Made by a program: the position numbers and the translations under genes. DNA of 60,689 nt from Nitrospirota bacterium (GTDB lineage: Bacteria > Nitrospirota > UBA9217). Location: the NCBI GenBank assembly GCA_046704425.1, contig JBJKRX010000083.1, positions 1 to 60,689 on the forward strand. Direction: 5' to 3'. Below the pieces are notes generated by a model, which did not search any database, had not been told where the DNA came from, and saw only the letters and a program-made list of their open reading frames with translations. Below are positions 29,110 through 37,846 of the stretch, in pieces (the stretch's first letter is position 1; each line of letters opens with the position of its first letter).

Positions 29110-29423
29110 GGCATGCCATCTCCTCTTCCCGGTCTGGTACCCGTCACGCCTCCCTAGCAGGCGGGAGCAGTACGGCTGGTACAGCCATACTAAACACTCT
29201 TTATCAACAAGCTGCAATCAGCACTTGTCTGATTTTATTGTAAGAATCCGCGCTTTCTTTTGTCGGAATATTCTTACACGAGCGGCTTTCGTACGCGTCC
29301 CCCGCGACCAGGGAGCCTTCCCTCCCCTATGCTACAATTGAGGCAACACACGCCACAGAGCGCGTTTTCCCCTTTCTTGGCACGCGTCGGCTTCTTCAGC
29401 AAGGCATCGGGAGAAACTTCACC

Positions 29424-31163
29424 ATGGCTTTCGGAAAGTACGGACGCGGCGCGGTCCGGCTGATCACGATCTTCCTCATCCTGGCCCGGAAGCTCCTCGT
29501 CAAGCTGCCCTACCGCTCCCTCATCCTTCCCCGACCGCAAAGCAGAAAAGAGATCGGCAAATACCTGCAGACCAAGCGGCCGAAGGTCCGCGCCCCGGTC
29601 GTCGCACGGGACGCCCTGGAAAGTCTCGGCCCTGCCTTCGTGAAATTCGGGCAGTTCCTGGGCGGCAGACCGGACCTGATCCCCCAGGACCTCTGCGCGG
29701 AGTTCAGGAAGCTGCGGGATCAGGCCCCGCCCTTCCCGCCCGCACAGGTACGGAGGGAGCTGGCGAAGGAACTGAAGGGCGACGTTCCGCAGCTCTTCCC
29801 CGAGTTCGACGAGATCCCCGTTGATTCGGCCTTTGTCGCGCAGGTCCACCGCGCCCGGCTTCGGACCGGCGAAGAGGTGGCGGTCAAGGTCCAGCGGCCG
29901 GGCATCCGGGAAACGATGGAGCGGGACGTCCTGATCATGCTCTTCTTCGCCGGACTCCTGGAGAAGCTCTCCCCCGCGTTTCGGAAGTACCAACCCGTGC
30001 TGCTCGTCAAGGAGTTCTCGCAATGGATCGACCGGGAGCTCGACTTCCGGCAGGAAGGGAAGAACGCCCTGCAGTTCGCCTATTACGCCGAAGACGATCC
30101 GGGCGTAAAGGTCCCCAAGGCATACCTGGAGCATACGACCGACAAGGTGCTCGTGCTGGAGTATATCCGCGGCTTCAGCACCTGCGAGTCCCTGCCGGCG
30201 TCGATCGACAAGCAGGCGATGGCCCGGCGCGTCGCGGAAACCCTGCTGAAAGAGATGTTCGTCGACGGCTTCTTTCACGGCGACCCGCACCGCGAGAACA
30301 TCGTCATCACGGAGGACAACGCCATTGCCTATCTCGACTTCGACATCGTGGGCTATCTTGCGGAAGACCTGCGGGCGTGGTCGTTCGACCTGCTGTACGC
30401 CCTGGCGCGGGGAGACTGCGCGCGGGTCATTGATTCTTTCCGGGAGATCTGCATTGTCAACGAGGACGAGGTGAACATCGACGCCTATCGCCGCCGGATG
30501 CACGAAGTGCTCTGCGAGCGGCACATCTGCGAACGGGCCGGCATCCCGCTCACCTTCGTCCTGGAGCGGTTCGTGAATGCGAGCCTGGAGTACGGGGTTT
30601 CCGCCCCCCCTGATTTCCTCATGCTGTCCCGGACCCTCGGCGTGCTGGAACGGACCTGCCTCTTCCTCGACCCGGGCTTCCGGTTCGCCGAATATGTGGA
30701 GCCCTTTGCACGGAACTATCTGACGCCGGTCATGCAGTGGGACGAGGTTGTCAACCAGCTCAAGACGGGGCCTTTCGAACTGGGCAGGCTCAGGCGTCTG
30801 GCCGAGACGCACGGCCTCAAGGCCCTGCGCGTCCTCGAATCGCCCACCTTCCGGATCGAGAGCGAGGAGTTCCGCGACCTCGTGAACGAGCTGGTGCGGG
30901 CCAGCCTCAACGTCACCTACGGGCTGATCATCGCCGCGCTCGTCGTGTTCGCCGCGTCGCTCAGCAACGAAAGCGCCTTCGAGGCGTGGCTCAAGACGGC
31001 CTTGCACCTGCCGGTGGTCCCGATCCTTCCCGTCCTGAGCATGGTGGTCGCCCTTTCCCTGTGGGTGCGCATCTATTTGCGGAGCCGGTTGAAAAAGGCG
31101 CGCAAGATCCTCGAAAACAAGGTCCATGCCGTTCCCGCGTCGCGAACCGAGTCACCGTCGTGA
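29424..31163 (+). CDS. ABC1/UbiB (AarF) family atypical kinase with degenerate motifs
   Basis: LGPAFVKFGQ, QVHRA, VAVKVQRP, ELDF, FFHGDPH; two C-terminal TM helices. Confidence 0.88.
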   Translation: MAFGKYGRGAVRLITIFLILARKLLVKLPYRSLILPRPQSRKEIGKYLQTKRPKVRAPVVARDALESLGPAFVKFGQFLGGRPDLIPQDLCAEFRKLRDQAPPFPPAQVRRELAKELKGDVPQLFPEFDEIPVDSAFVAQVHRARLRTGEEVAVKVQRPGIRETMERDVLIMLFFAGLLEKLSPAFRKYQPVLLVKEFSQWIDRELDFRQEGKNALQFAYYAEDDPGVKVPKAYLEHTTDKVLVLEYIRGFSTCESLPASIDKQAMARRVAETLLKEMFVDGFFHGDPHRENIVITEDNAIAYLDFDIVGYLAEDLRAWSFDLLYALARGDCARVIDSFREICIVNEDEVNIDAYRRRMHEVLCERHICERAGIPLTFVLERFVNASLEYGVSAPPDFLMLSRTLGVLERTCLFLDPGFRFAEYVEPFARNYLTPVMQWDEVVNQLKTGPFELGRLRRLAETHGLKALRVLESPTFRIESEEFRDLVNELVRASLNVTYGLIIAALVVFAASLSNESAFEAWLKTALHLPVVPILPVLSMVVALSLWVRIYLRSRLKKARKILENKVHAVPASRTESPS

Positions 31164-31215
31164 TCGTGCGCGACGCCGGTTCTTCGTGCCGCAGGGTCCC
31201 TCTGCGAGCGTTCCC

Positions 31216-32001
31216 ATGAAGATACCCTGTCGTTTCCTTCTTCTGTGGACCCTCATCCTGGTCGCTGCAGCTGCAGGGGCAGCGCCCCCCCGGAATGCCT
31301 CCTTCATCGACCCCGAAACGGGCATGCAGTTCGTGCTCGTCAAGGGCGGCTGCTACCTTATGGGCGATACCTTCGGGGACGGCTATCCGAACGAGCTGCC
31401 CGTGCACGAGGTCTGTCTGGACGATTTCTATATGGCCAGATACAAGGTGACCCAGGGCCAGTGGAAAAAGGTGATGGGAACCACGCCTTCCTATTTTTCC
31501 TTCTGCGGCGACGACTGTCCCGTTGAAGAGGTGAGCTGGGGCGACGCGCGGAAGTTCATCGCCGTCCTGAACCAACGCACCGGCAGGACCTACCGGCTTC
31601 CTACGGAAGCGGAATGGGAATACGCCGCGCGGGGCAGGGGCAGGCGGGAGCGCTGGGCGGGCACGAACGACGAATCGAGGCTCGGCGAGTATGCCTGGTA
31701 CAGCCGCAACGCGGGCGACCGGACCCACCCGGTGGGCCTGAAGAGGCCGAACAGGCTCGGGCTCTACGACATGAGCGGGGACGTGTGGGAATGGGTGCAG
31801 GACGTCTACAGCAGCACCGCCTACCGGCATCATGCCAGGAACAACCCGGTCTATCGGGGCGCCGGCTCAGGCCATGTCTTCCGCGGCGGGAGCTGGTACT
31901 ATAATCCGCGCGGCGTCCGCGTGACCTTTCGCAATCATCGCGTGCCGGGCGTGATCATCAGGCACCACAATGTCGGCTTCCGCCTCGCTCTGACGCCGTA
32001 A
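31216..32001 (+). CDS. Secreted formylglycine-generating enzyme family (FGE-sulfatase domain) protein
   Basis: Signal peptide; VSWGDA, YRLPTEAEWEYAARG, GLYDMSGDVWEW, RGGSW, GFRL. Confidence 0.9.
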   Translation: MKIPCRFLLLWTLILVAAAAGAAPPRNASFIDPETGMQFVLVKGGCYLMGDTFGDGYPNELPVHEVCLDDFYMARYKVTQGQWKKVMGTTPSYFSFCGDDCPVEEVSWGDARKFIAVLNQRTGRTYRLPTEAEWEYAARGRGRRERWAGTNDESRLGEYAWYSRNAGDRTHPVGLKRPNRLGLYDMSGDVWEWVQDVYSSTAYRHHARNNPVYRGAGSGHVFRGGSWYYNPRGVRVTFRNHRVPGVIIRHHNVGFRLALTP

Positions 32002-32017
32002 CTGCCCTACTTTCTTC

Positions 32018-32046
32018 TTGACCCGGATACTCTTTTTTGATACATT
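32018..32046 (+). promoter_or_regulatory. Sigma70 promoter with extended -10
   Basis: TTGACC-N17-TACATT with TG at the extended position. Confidence 0.6.
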
Positions 32047-32121
32047 CTGTCAGTTTTTTTATCAGCCAAGCTGGCACGCTAACGCTTGTTTGTTTCGACG
32101 TATTTTTAGGAGGGACTTTCT

Positions 32122-32871
32122 ATGAAGCGCAAATCCGCGGTATTCATGGTCCTTTTTTTGTCGCTCCTCATGACCTGCGCCGGGTGTGGGAACGGGCCGG
32201 CGCAATCGGACACGACCAACACCAATAATAACAACAATAACAATACGGTGATCTCCCACAGCATCTCCGGGGTTGTCACCGGGGCATCCGGAGGGGTGCC
32301 CGGCGTCACCATGACCCTGAGCGGTGCTGCCTCCGCGGTCGCCACGACCGACACGGGCGGTAATTTCTCCTTTTCGGGTCTTGCGAACGGCAGCTATACC
32401 ATCGCCCCTTCGAAGACGAACTACACCTTCACCCCTGCGCAGAGCACGGAGTCCGTGAGCGACGCGGATATCACCGGCGTGAACTTCACCGTTGCCACGG
32501 TAAGCGGGGTCTCCCTCTATGACGGGACCTACACGGGGACCTGGACCAAGACCTGTCCGGCCTGCTCGATCACTTCCTCCACCGGGACCTTCAGCGCCAT
32601 TGTTTCGGAAGGGGCGTTCACGGACGTGCAGTTTACGCTCACGAGCGGAGACAGCGGCATCAAATTCGATTCCGGCTCGGTCTCCACGACCGGCGCGATC
32701 ACGGGCTACGGCGCCTCCCCGAGCCAGTGCAGCACCAGCCCGAGCACCTTCAGCGGCCAGATCACGATCTCCTCGTCGAACGGCGCAGACATGAGCATCA
32801 ACTATTCGCGGACCTCTTCCCCCGAGGGATGCGAGGCGGAATCCGGGACTATCACGGCAACTCGTAATTGA
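32122..32871 (+). CDS. Ser/Thr-rich lipoprotein with a carboxypeptidase-regulatory-like beta-sandwich
   Basis: CAGC lipobox, poly-Asn linker, ISGVV...TTDTGGNFSFSGL.NGSYTI motif; AGGAGG RBS. Confidence 0.8.
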   Translation: MKRKSAVFMVLFLSLLMTCAGCGNGPAQSDTTNTNNNNNNNTVISHSISGVVTGASGGVPGVTMTLSGAASAVATTDTGGNFSFSGLANGSYTIAPSKTNYTFTPAQSTESVSDADITGVNFTVATVSGVSLYDGTYTGTWTKTCPACSITSSTGTFSAIVSEGAFTDVQFTLTSGDSGIKFDSGSVSTTGAITGYGASPSQCSTSPSTFSGQITISSSNGADMSINYSRTSSPEGCEAESGTITATRN

Positions 32872-32897
32872 CGGCAACGATTGACGCTTGCTCCAAC

Positions 32898-32928
32898 GAC
32901 CCTGCGGGGAATCGCTCCGCAGGGTCGT
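32898..32928. terminator. Hairpin between convergent lipoprotein genes
   Basis: CGACCCTGCGG...CCGCAGGGTCG 11-bp stem without a U tract. Confidence 0.4.
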
Positions 32929-33058
32929 ACGACCTCTTCCCGCTCGGCGGAAGGATATAAACGAAGGCGAGGTTCTTCAAAAAGGGCCGGGGGCGACAGT
33001 GCGCTTTCCCAAAACGACCGCATGCGGGACGAAAAGCAATCCCGTTTTCGTCAGGATC

Positions 33059-33622
33059 TCACGGCGCTGGTTGGGCAGGTTGGCCGGCGAAAACCTGGTC
33101 ATAAAACCGCTGGAACGCCTCCTTCGCCCGGCGACTGCCGGCATCTGAAAATACCCCCTCCTCGTATGTTCTTCCGAGATCGATCCGCACTACGACCCGA
33201 TTCGCCTTCAGGAGTGACTCGAGGAAGTCCTTCGTTACCCGATACCGTTTCGCTGTCCAGGTGTGGTCTGATTCCGCCATCCCGGAATAATCGTTAAAAC
33301 GGGATGTCTTATCCATTGATACGGGAGAGACGATGCGTCCATCGATGTCGAATTGAGCCGTATTGGTACCGCTAAAATCGGTCAGCTCCATGACGAAGAC
33401 CGTCATTAACGCCTCGTCCGGCTTCATCTTCGCGTTGTGCATCAATGACAGCTTGATCGTGCAGACACTCTTCCCCGGCGAGCATACCGGGGCCGGTTCC
33501 ATGGACACCGTGACCGTTCCGTCGGACGCAGACGTGACGGTGTGTATGTCGCCGGGCTTCGGATACAGGTGGACGCAACCTGCCACCAATAGCAGCGCGG
33601 GAAGTACAAGGTATTTTTTCAT
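33059..33622 (-). CDS. Hypothetical lipoprotein
   Basis: MKKYLVLPALLLVAGC lipobox; good upstream promoter. Confidence 0.75.
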   Translation of the reverse strand: MKKYLVLPALLLVAGCVHLYPKPGDIHTVTSASDGTVTVSMEPAPVCSPGKSVCTIKLSLMHNAKMKPDEALMTVFVMELTDFSGTNTAQFDIDGRIVSPVSMDKTSRFNDYSGMAESDHTWTAKRYRVTKDFLESLLKANRVVVRIDLGRTYEEGVFSDAGSRRAKEAFQRFYDQVFAGQPAQPAP

Positions 33623-33710
33623 CGATCGCCCCCTTCCGGATGTTCCCTCTCCGTGAGTAGGTATTCGCGTTTTTCCTCGCCGGCCGGTTCTGGTCTCGGG
33701 AATTCCGGGT

Positions 33711-33739
33711 AGTCTAGCAAAAGGGACGCCCCCTGTCAA
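33711..33739 (-). promoter_or_regulatory. Sigma70 promoter (left member of a divergent pair)
   Basis: Minus strand TTGACA-N17-TAGACT with extended TG. Confidence 0.65.
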
Positions 33740-33788
33740 CGCAGGAAGTTGCAGAACGGGGTCCTGCGTATGCAGCCCGGCCTCGCGC

Positions 33789-33816
33789 TTGACAATTCCT
33801 CGCCCTGTCGTATACT
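33789..33816 (+). promoter_or_regulatory. Sigma70 promoter (right member of a divergent pair)
   Basis: TTGACA-N16-TATACT. Confidence 0.6.
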
Positions 33817-33851
33817 CGTCTTAATCTGGAATGATAAAGGAGATCAACCCA

Positions 33852-34436
33852 ATGAGAAAATCCTGGCTCGTGGTTGCGCTCGCCATCGTCTGCTGCGCCC
33901 AGTCGGCATCGGCCAACGATCTCGCGCAGTTCCGTACGGAGAGCCGCGCAGTGGTGAAGGAAGTAATGACCAAGCTCGGCAGCGCCCTCAAGAAGGAGAT
34001 GACGACCAAGGGTCCGGCCGCGGCGATCACGGTTTGCAAGGACCTGGCGCCGGCCGTCCTGGCGGACATCTCCCGCAAGACCGGGATGCGCGTCACCCGG
34101 GTCTCGCTCAAGACCCGCGATCCTTTGCTCGGCACGCCCGACGCATGGGAGCAGCAGGTACTGCTCGATTTCGACGCGCGTCTCAGGAAAAAAGAGGATC
34201 CCGCGACCCTGGAGCATGCGGAGATCGTTGCGGAGCCGCAAGGGATATTCCTGCGCTATATGAAGGCCATCCCGGTCCAGCCGATCTGTCTCAAGTGCCA
34301 CGGCCCTGTCGACAAGATCGCGCCGCAGGTCAGGAAAGCGCTTGCTGCGGCGTATCCGCACGATAAGGCCGTCGGCTATTCGGTAGGCCAACTGCGGGGC
34401 GCCTTCTCGATCGAGAAGGCGCTTTCGGGAAAATAA
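33852..34436 (+). CDS. Periplasmic monoheme c protein, DUF3365/Tll0287-like
   Basis: Signal peptide, RVSLKTR, RYMKAI...CLKCHG, YPHDKAVGY..GQLRGAFS; AAGGAG RBS. Confidence 0.88.
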   Translation: MRKSWLVVALAIVCCAQSASANDLAQFRTESRAVVKEVMTKLGSALKKEMTTKGPAAAITVCKDLAPAVLADISRKTGMRVTRVSLKTRDPLLGTPDAWEQQVLLDFDARLRKKEDPATLEHAEIVAEPQGIFLRYMKAIPVQPICLKCHGPVDKIAPQVRKALAAAYPHDKAVGYSVGQLRGAFSIEKALSGK

Positions 34437-34446
34437 CCTGCGGTCC

Positions 34447-35223
34447 TTACGAGGATTCGGGAAAGGCAACCCCGGACAGGCGGCCGCACTCTGCAAGGAA
34501 CTTTTCCTGCACAGCCGGGTCCGCGACAGCCTGTTGAAAGCCCTTCGGCTTCTGATGGTAGAAATAACTCCCCGAGACCAGGGCCTTCTTGTCCGTGCTC
34601 ACCGCGAGCCACGCCTGCGTCCGCGCCCCCTCCTCCACGCTTTCGGGCGCTCCGGCCCCGCCCATCTTCGTGGCCACCCAGCCGGGCTCCACGGCATTGG
34701 ACAGCACGTCGGGCCACTTGCGGGCAACGGCAAAGGCAAGGATGGCGTCGTGCAACTTCGAATCGCAATAGGCGGCCGACACCTCCAGGCGCCGGGTGCT
34801 CCAGGTAAGGTCCTTTAATGACGCGTCGCCGCTTTGGTGCATGCCGGAGCTCGTGTAGACCAGGCGCTTCGGCTTGGTGATCAGGCAGGTCAGGATATAG
34901 GGGGCAAGGGAGTTTACGGCAAAGATCAGGGGCAGGTCGTCCTTGGTCCGATCCAGGGGGGACACGTGATAGACGCCGGCGTTATGGATCACCGCATCGA
35001 AGGGCCCCAGCTCGTTCACCCGATCGGCGAGGGCCTTCGTCTCCACAATGCTCGCCAGATCGCCCACGATCGTGGTCCGCGCGCCCGGGACCTTGGCGAG
35101 CGCCTCGTCCGCCCGCTTTCGGTTGCGGCCGTGCAGCACGACCTCGTGGCCCTGCGCCACCAGGATCCGCGCCTCCATCAGGCCGATGCCGTCAGATGAG
35201 CCGGTAATGAAAATCTTCGCCAT
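34447..35223 (-). CDS. Short-chain dehydrogenase/reductase
   Basis: TGSSDGIG, HNAG, YCDSK, PGWVATKM. Confidence 0.92.
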   Translation of the reverse strand: MAKIFITGSSDGIGLMEARILVAQGHEVVLHGRNRKRADEALAKVPGARTTIVGDLASIVETKALADRVNELGPFDAVIHNAGVYHVSPLDRTKDDLPLIFAVNSLAPYILTCLITKPKRLVYTSSGMHQSGDASLKDLTWSTRRLEVSAAYCDSKLHDAILAFAVARKWPDVLSNAVEPGWVATKMGGAGAPESVEEGARTQAWLAVSTDKKALVSGSYFYHQKPKGFQQAVADPAVQEKFLAECGRLSGVAFPESS

Positions 35224-35242
35224 AGTGTGACCGTACCTCCTT

Positions 35243-35503
35243 TTACCCTAGTTCCGCATCCACTTTTCGCTGCGCCCTGAGCAACTTGTCGAAGGACGCG
35301 GCCTCCTCCCGGGACCAGAGACCGGCAAGATGGTCTAGGTCGCGGTACAAAACACGCTTCTTTCCCGCGGGGGCCTTCGCCCCGACGGCGCGCTCCAGGA
35401 GCGAGATGATAGCCTTGTTCACGCTCACCCCCTGCTGCGCCGCCTCTTTCTGCACCTTTTTTTCGACCTCGTCGGGGATCCCCCGGATGGTGATCTGCTT
35501 CAT
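35243..35503 (-). CDS. FitA-like ribbon-helix-helix antitoxin, no adjacent toxin
   Basis: MKQITIRGIPDEV...GVSVNKAI...DLDHLAGLWS..EA..F pattern; GGAGG RBS. Confidence 0.75.
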   Translation of the reverse strand: MKQITIRGIPDEVEKKVQKEAAQQGVSVNKAIISLLERAVGAKAPAGKKRVLYRDLDHLAGLWSREEAASFDKLLRAQRKVDAELG

Positions 35504-35518
35504 GTCGACCGCCTCCGC

Positions 35519-35574
35519 GACTCATTCATGAGTCATTGTGGCTCTATGATTGCAGCAGACTTCTGGAAAGTCAA
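35519..35574 (-). promoter_or_regulatory. Antitoxin promoter with palindromic operator
   Basis: Minus strand TTGACT-N17-AATCAT; palindrome GACTCAT-TC-ATGAGTC at 35519-35534 between -10 and RBS. Confidence 0.6.
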
Positions 35575-35690
35575 GGCGAAAGGAAGGAAGCGCGTGCACC
35601 CGCCCGAAAAGGGCTTGTTGTATTGTTGCGAATATTGTAATATATAGGTCACCGTACGTTTCCGGCCCGGCGCCGATGAGGAGGGGAATA

Positions 35691-36077
35691 ATGGAAGGAA
35701 AGAAATTCTTGTTCGTGCTGTCCCATGCAAAATCGAATCTCAAGGAAGTGATCGTCATGTTGAAGATCATCTCCAACATGAAGGCCTTCGACGACGAGGT
35801 GGAGATCGCGGTGTTCCTCGTCGGCGAGGGCGTCGAGCTCGCGAAAAAGGGCGTGGCGCAGACCATGTCCATGGAGCTGGAAGGCAACACGGTCAACGTG
35901 GGCGAGCTGCTGGAGATGATGCCCGAGTTCAACGTGAAGTTCTACGTCTGCCACGCCTTCATGCCGCTGCACAACGTGCTCCAGGAAGAGCTGATCGAAG
36001 GCGCGGAGATGAAGGGGAGCTCCTACCTCGGCGAGCTGCTCCTCGCCGGCTATACCCCCTTCCCGATGGCGATGTAG
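35691..36077 (+). CDS. DsrE/DsrF-like family protein
   Basis: VFLVGEGVELAKKG, FYVC, LIEGAE; GGAGGGG RBS. Confidence 0.8.
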   Translation: MEGKKFLFVLSHAKSNLKEVIVMLKIISNMKAFDDEVEIAVFLVGEGVELAKKGVAQTMSMELEGNTVNVGELLEMMPEFNVKFYVCHAFMPLHNVLQEELIEGAEMKGSSYLGELLLAGYTPFPMAM

Positions 36078-36088
36078 AAAATTTAAAA

Positions 36089-36149
36089 AAGAATTACGAA
36101 AGAAGAAGTAAGAAACGAGGTACAACCGGCTTTCGTAATTCTTCTTTCT
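36089..36149. repeat. Inverted-repeat element with 7-bp-periodic arms
   Basis: Perfect 14-bp IR AAGAATTACGAAAG (36089-36102) and CTTTCGTAATTCTT (36130-36143). Confidence 0.65.
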
Positions 36150-36156
36150 GCCTTGC

Positions 36157-36189
36157 AAGGCCGGAGAACCGTTCCGGCCTTTTCTTTTT
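36157..36189 (+). terminator. Intrinsic terminator after the DsrE-like gene
   Basis: AAGGCCGGA...TCCGGCCTT followed by TTCTTTTT. Confidence 0.7.
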
Positions 36190-36330
36190 GAGGAGTGTTC
36201 TCCCCTTCTTAAATTCGGCCTTCTTACTTTTCAAGCGTCCCCCCTTCCCCGCCGACTCGCTCACCGTCACCTCTGCAGGAAAAACCCGGCATTTCTTGTC
36301 GATCTCGGCAAATATAGTTGTTTCGACAGG

Positions 36331-36359
36331 TTGCAAGTAGTCGCATTTCCCATTATAGT
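36331..36359 (+). promoter_or_regulatory. Sigma70 promoter
   Basis: TTGCAA-N17-TATAGT. Confidence 0.5.
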
Positions 36360-36416
36360 CAGATGAGAACCATTCGGGTCGGGCGAAGACCGACTTTTTA
36401 AAGGGGGACGGAGATT

Positions 36417-37634
36417 ATGGGCATTCGCATCAAGACAGGACTTGCCGTGCTGCTGGTCGTCTTCTTATCTGCATGCGGAGGCGGAGGGGGTGGCGGGGGA
36501 GGCGCGACCGGGCCCTCGGTTCCTACCGGCCTGGCTGCAACGGGCTCTCTGGGACACATCGTCCTCAACTGGAACGCGAGCACCGGCGGCAATCTGACGG
36601 GCTATAACGTCTACCGGAGCACCGACGGAACGACGTTCACCAAACTCAACTCAGCCGTCGTTACCGCAACGACCTATGACGACGCGGTCCCGTCTCCGGC
36701 CAACGACGGGATACTGTATACCTATCGCGTAACGGCAATGGGCGATGCGGAATCGGCGCCGTCGAGCACGGTACGGAGCATGGAGGGGACGCGGCTCGCG
36801 CCGCAGTACGCCGCGGGCTTTACCACCGTCGCGGCGAACAGCCCCTATGTGGCGGAAGGCACGGTGGTCGTCGACGGCGGGAACCTGGTCGTGGACACGG
36901 GCACGAAGCTCTACGTGCTGGACAACGCCACCATCGATCTCGAACAGGGAGACGGAACGACCGTGGGCGAATTCGACGTGAAAGGGCTCTTGCGGGTGGC
37001 CGCGTCCGCAACCGCGCCGGCGACCTTTACGGCGCACAGCACCGGCGGCGCATTGACGGACGGGCAGGGCTTCATCCTGGCCTTCGATGGCGCAGACAGC
37101 TATATTGCCGGCACCGGCGCAGGGACGTTGGTACAGAATACGCAGATCGCCAATTTGACCCATGGGAACGCCATCACCTTCGGTTCAAGCTCTCCCAAGC
37201 TGGCGGACCTCAAGGTGTCGTCGAACCAAAGCACGGGCGGCTCCTATCTTGTGGTCCTCGCCAACGCCGGGCCGATAATAGAAAACTGCTCCTTCGACAA
37301 GATGGTCCTGAGCATTCAAGCGGACGCGCGCAGCACCACCCTGAAGGTCGATCACAACACCTTCAGCGGCGGCTATTACAGCCTCGCATTTTTCTCCCTC
37401 ACCAATCCCGGGATAACCTCCGGCCAGATTGCACAGAACGAGTTCGACGGCACGAAACAGGCCTACCTGTACATGATGACCGGGACCGCCAATGTGCCGA
37501 TCGGGAGCAACTACTGGAACGGGGGTACGGGCTCGCCGCCTTTGCCGCCGGAACTCTATACCAACTGCACGATCTCCTACGATTTCACCCCGGCTCTTAC
37601 TGCAGCTCCCGCCAATGCGGGGCCCACGTGGTAA
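36417..37634 (+). CDS. Surface lipoprotein with a fibronectin type III domain and a beta-helix-like C-terminal region
   Basis: LSAC lipobox, poly-Gly linker, LNWNAS...GYNVYRS...YTYRVTA...ES FN3 motif, NSPYV...NYW. Confidence 0.8.
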   Translation: MGIRIKTGLAVLLVVFLSACGGGGGGGGGATGPSVPTGLAATGSLGHIVLNWNASTGGNLTGYNVYRSTDGTTFTKLNSAVVTATTYDDAVPSPANDGILYTYRVTAMGDAESAPSSTVRSMEGTRLAPQYAAGFTTVAANSPYVAEGTVVVDGGNLVVDTGTKLYVLDNATIDLEQGDGTTVGEFDVKGLLRVAASATAPATFTAHSTGGALTDGQGFILAFDGADSYIAGTGAGTLVQNTQIANLTHGNAITFGSSSPKLADLKVSSNQSTGGSYLVVLANAGPIIENCSFDKMVLSIQADARSTTLKVDHNTFSGGYYSLAFFSLTNPGITSGQIAQNEFDGTKQAYLYMMTGTANVPIGSNYWNGGTGSPPLPPELYTNCTISYDFTPALTAAPANAGPTW

Positions 37635-37664
37635 ACGGTTTTGGGGATGAACGATCGTGAACGC

Positions 37665-37694
37665 AGGCGGGGCTTCGTGCCCCGCCTTTTTTTT
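37665..37694 (+). terminator. Intrinsic terminator
   Basis: AGGCGGGGC-TTCGT-GCCCCGCC followed by T8. Confidence 0.85.
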
Positions 37695-37846
37695 CGCCCC
37701 CTGCTTCCCTACCCCTTTCCCGTGCACCAAAGTCTTTAACCTTATCCATTGCACAGGGTCTAATTTGGTGTTAGCATAAAGGTGCAAAATGGTCCTGCTT
37801 GTAGTAGTACGATGGGTCTCTCCCCCTCTTCATTTCCGGAGGACGT

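Noticed and set aside
32071-32090. Sigma54 promoter (CTGGCACG...GC)
   Set aside because: GG-to-GC spacing is one base short of the strict -24/-12 requirement, and a good sigma70 promoter lies just upstream.
32215-32245. AAC/AAT run resembling a DGR template or contingency repeat
   Set aside because: In-frame mixed-codon poly-Asn linker after a lipobox, with no second copy.
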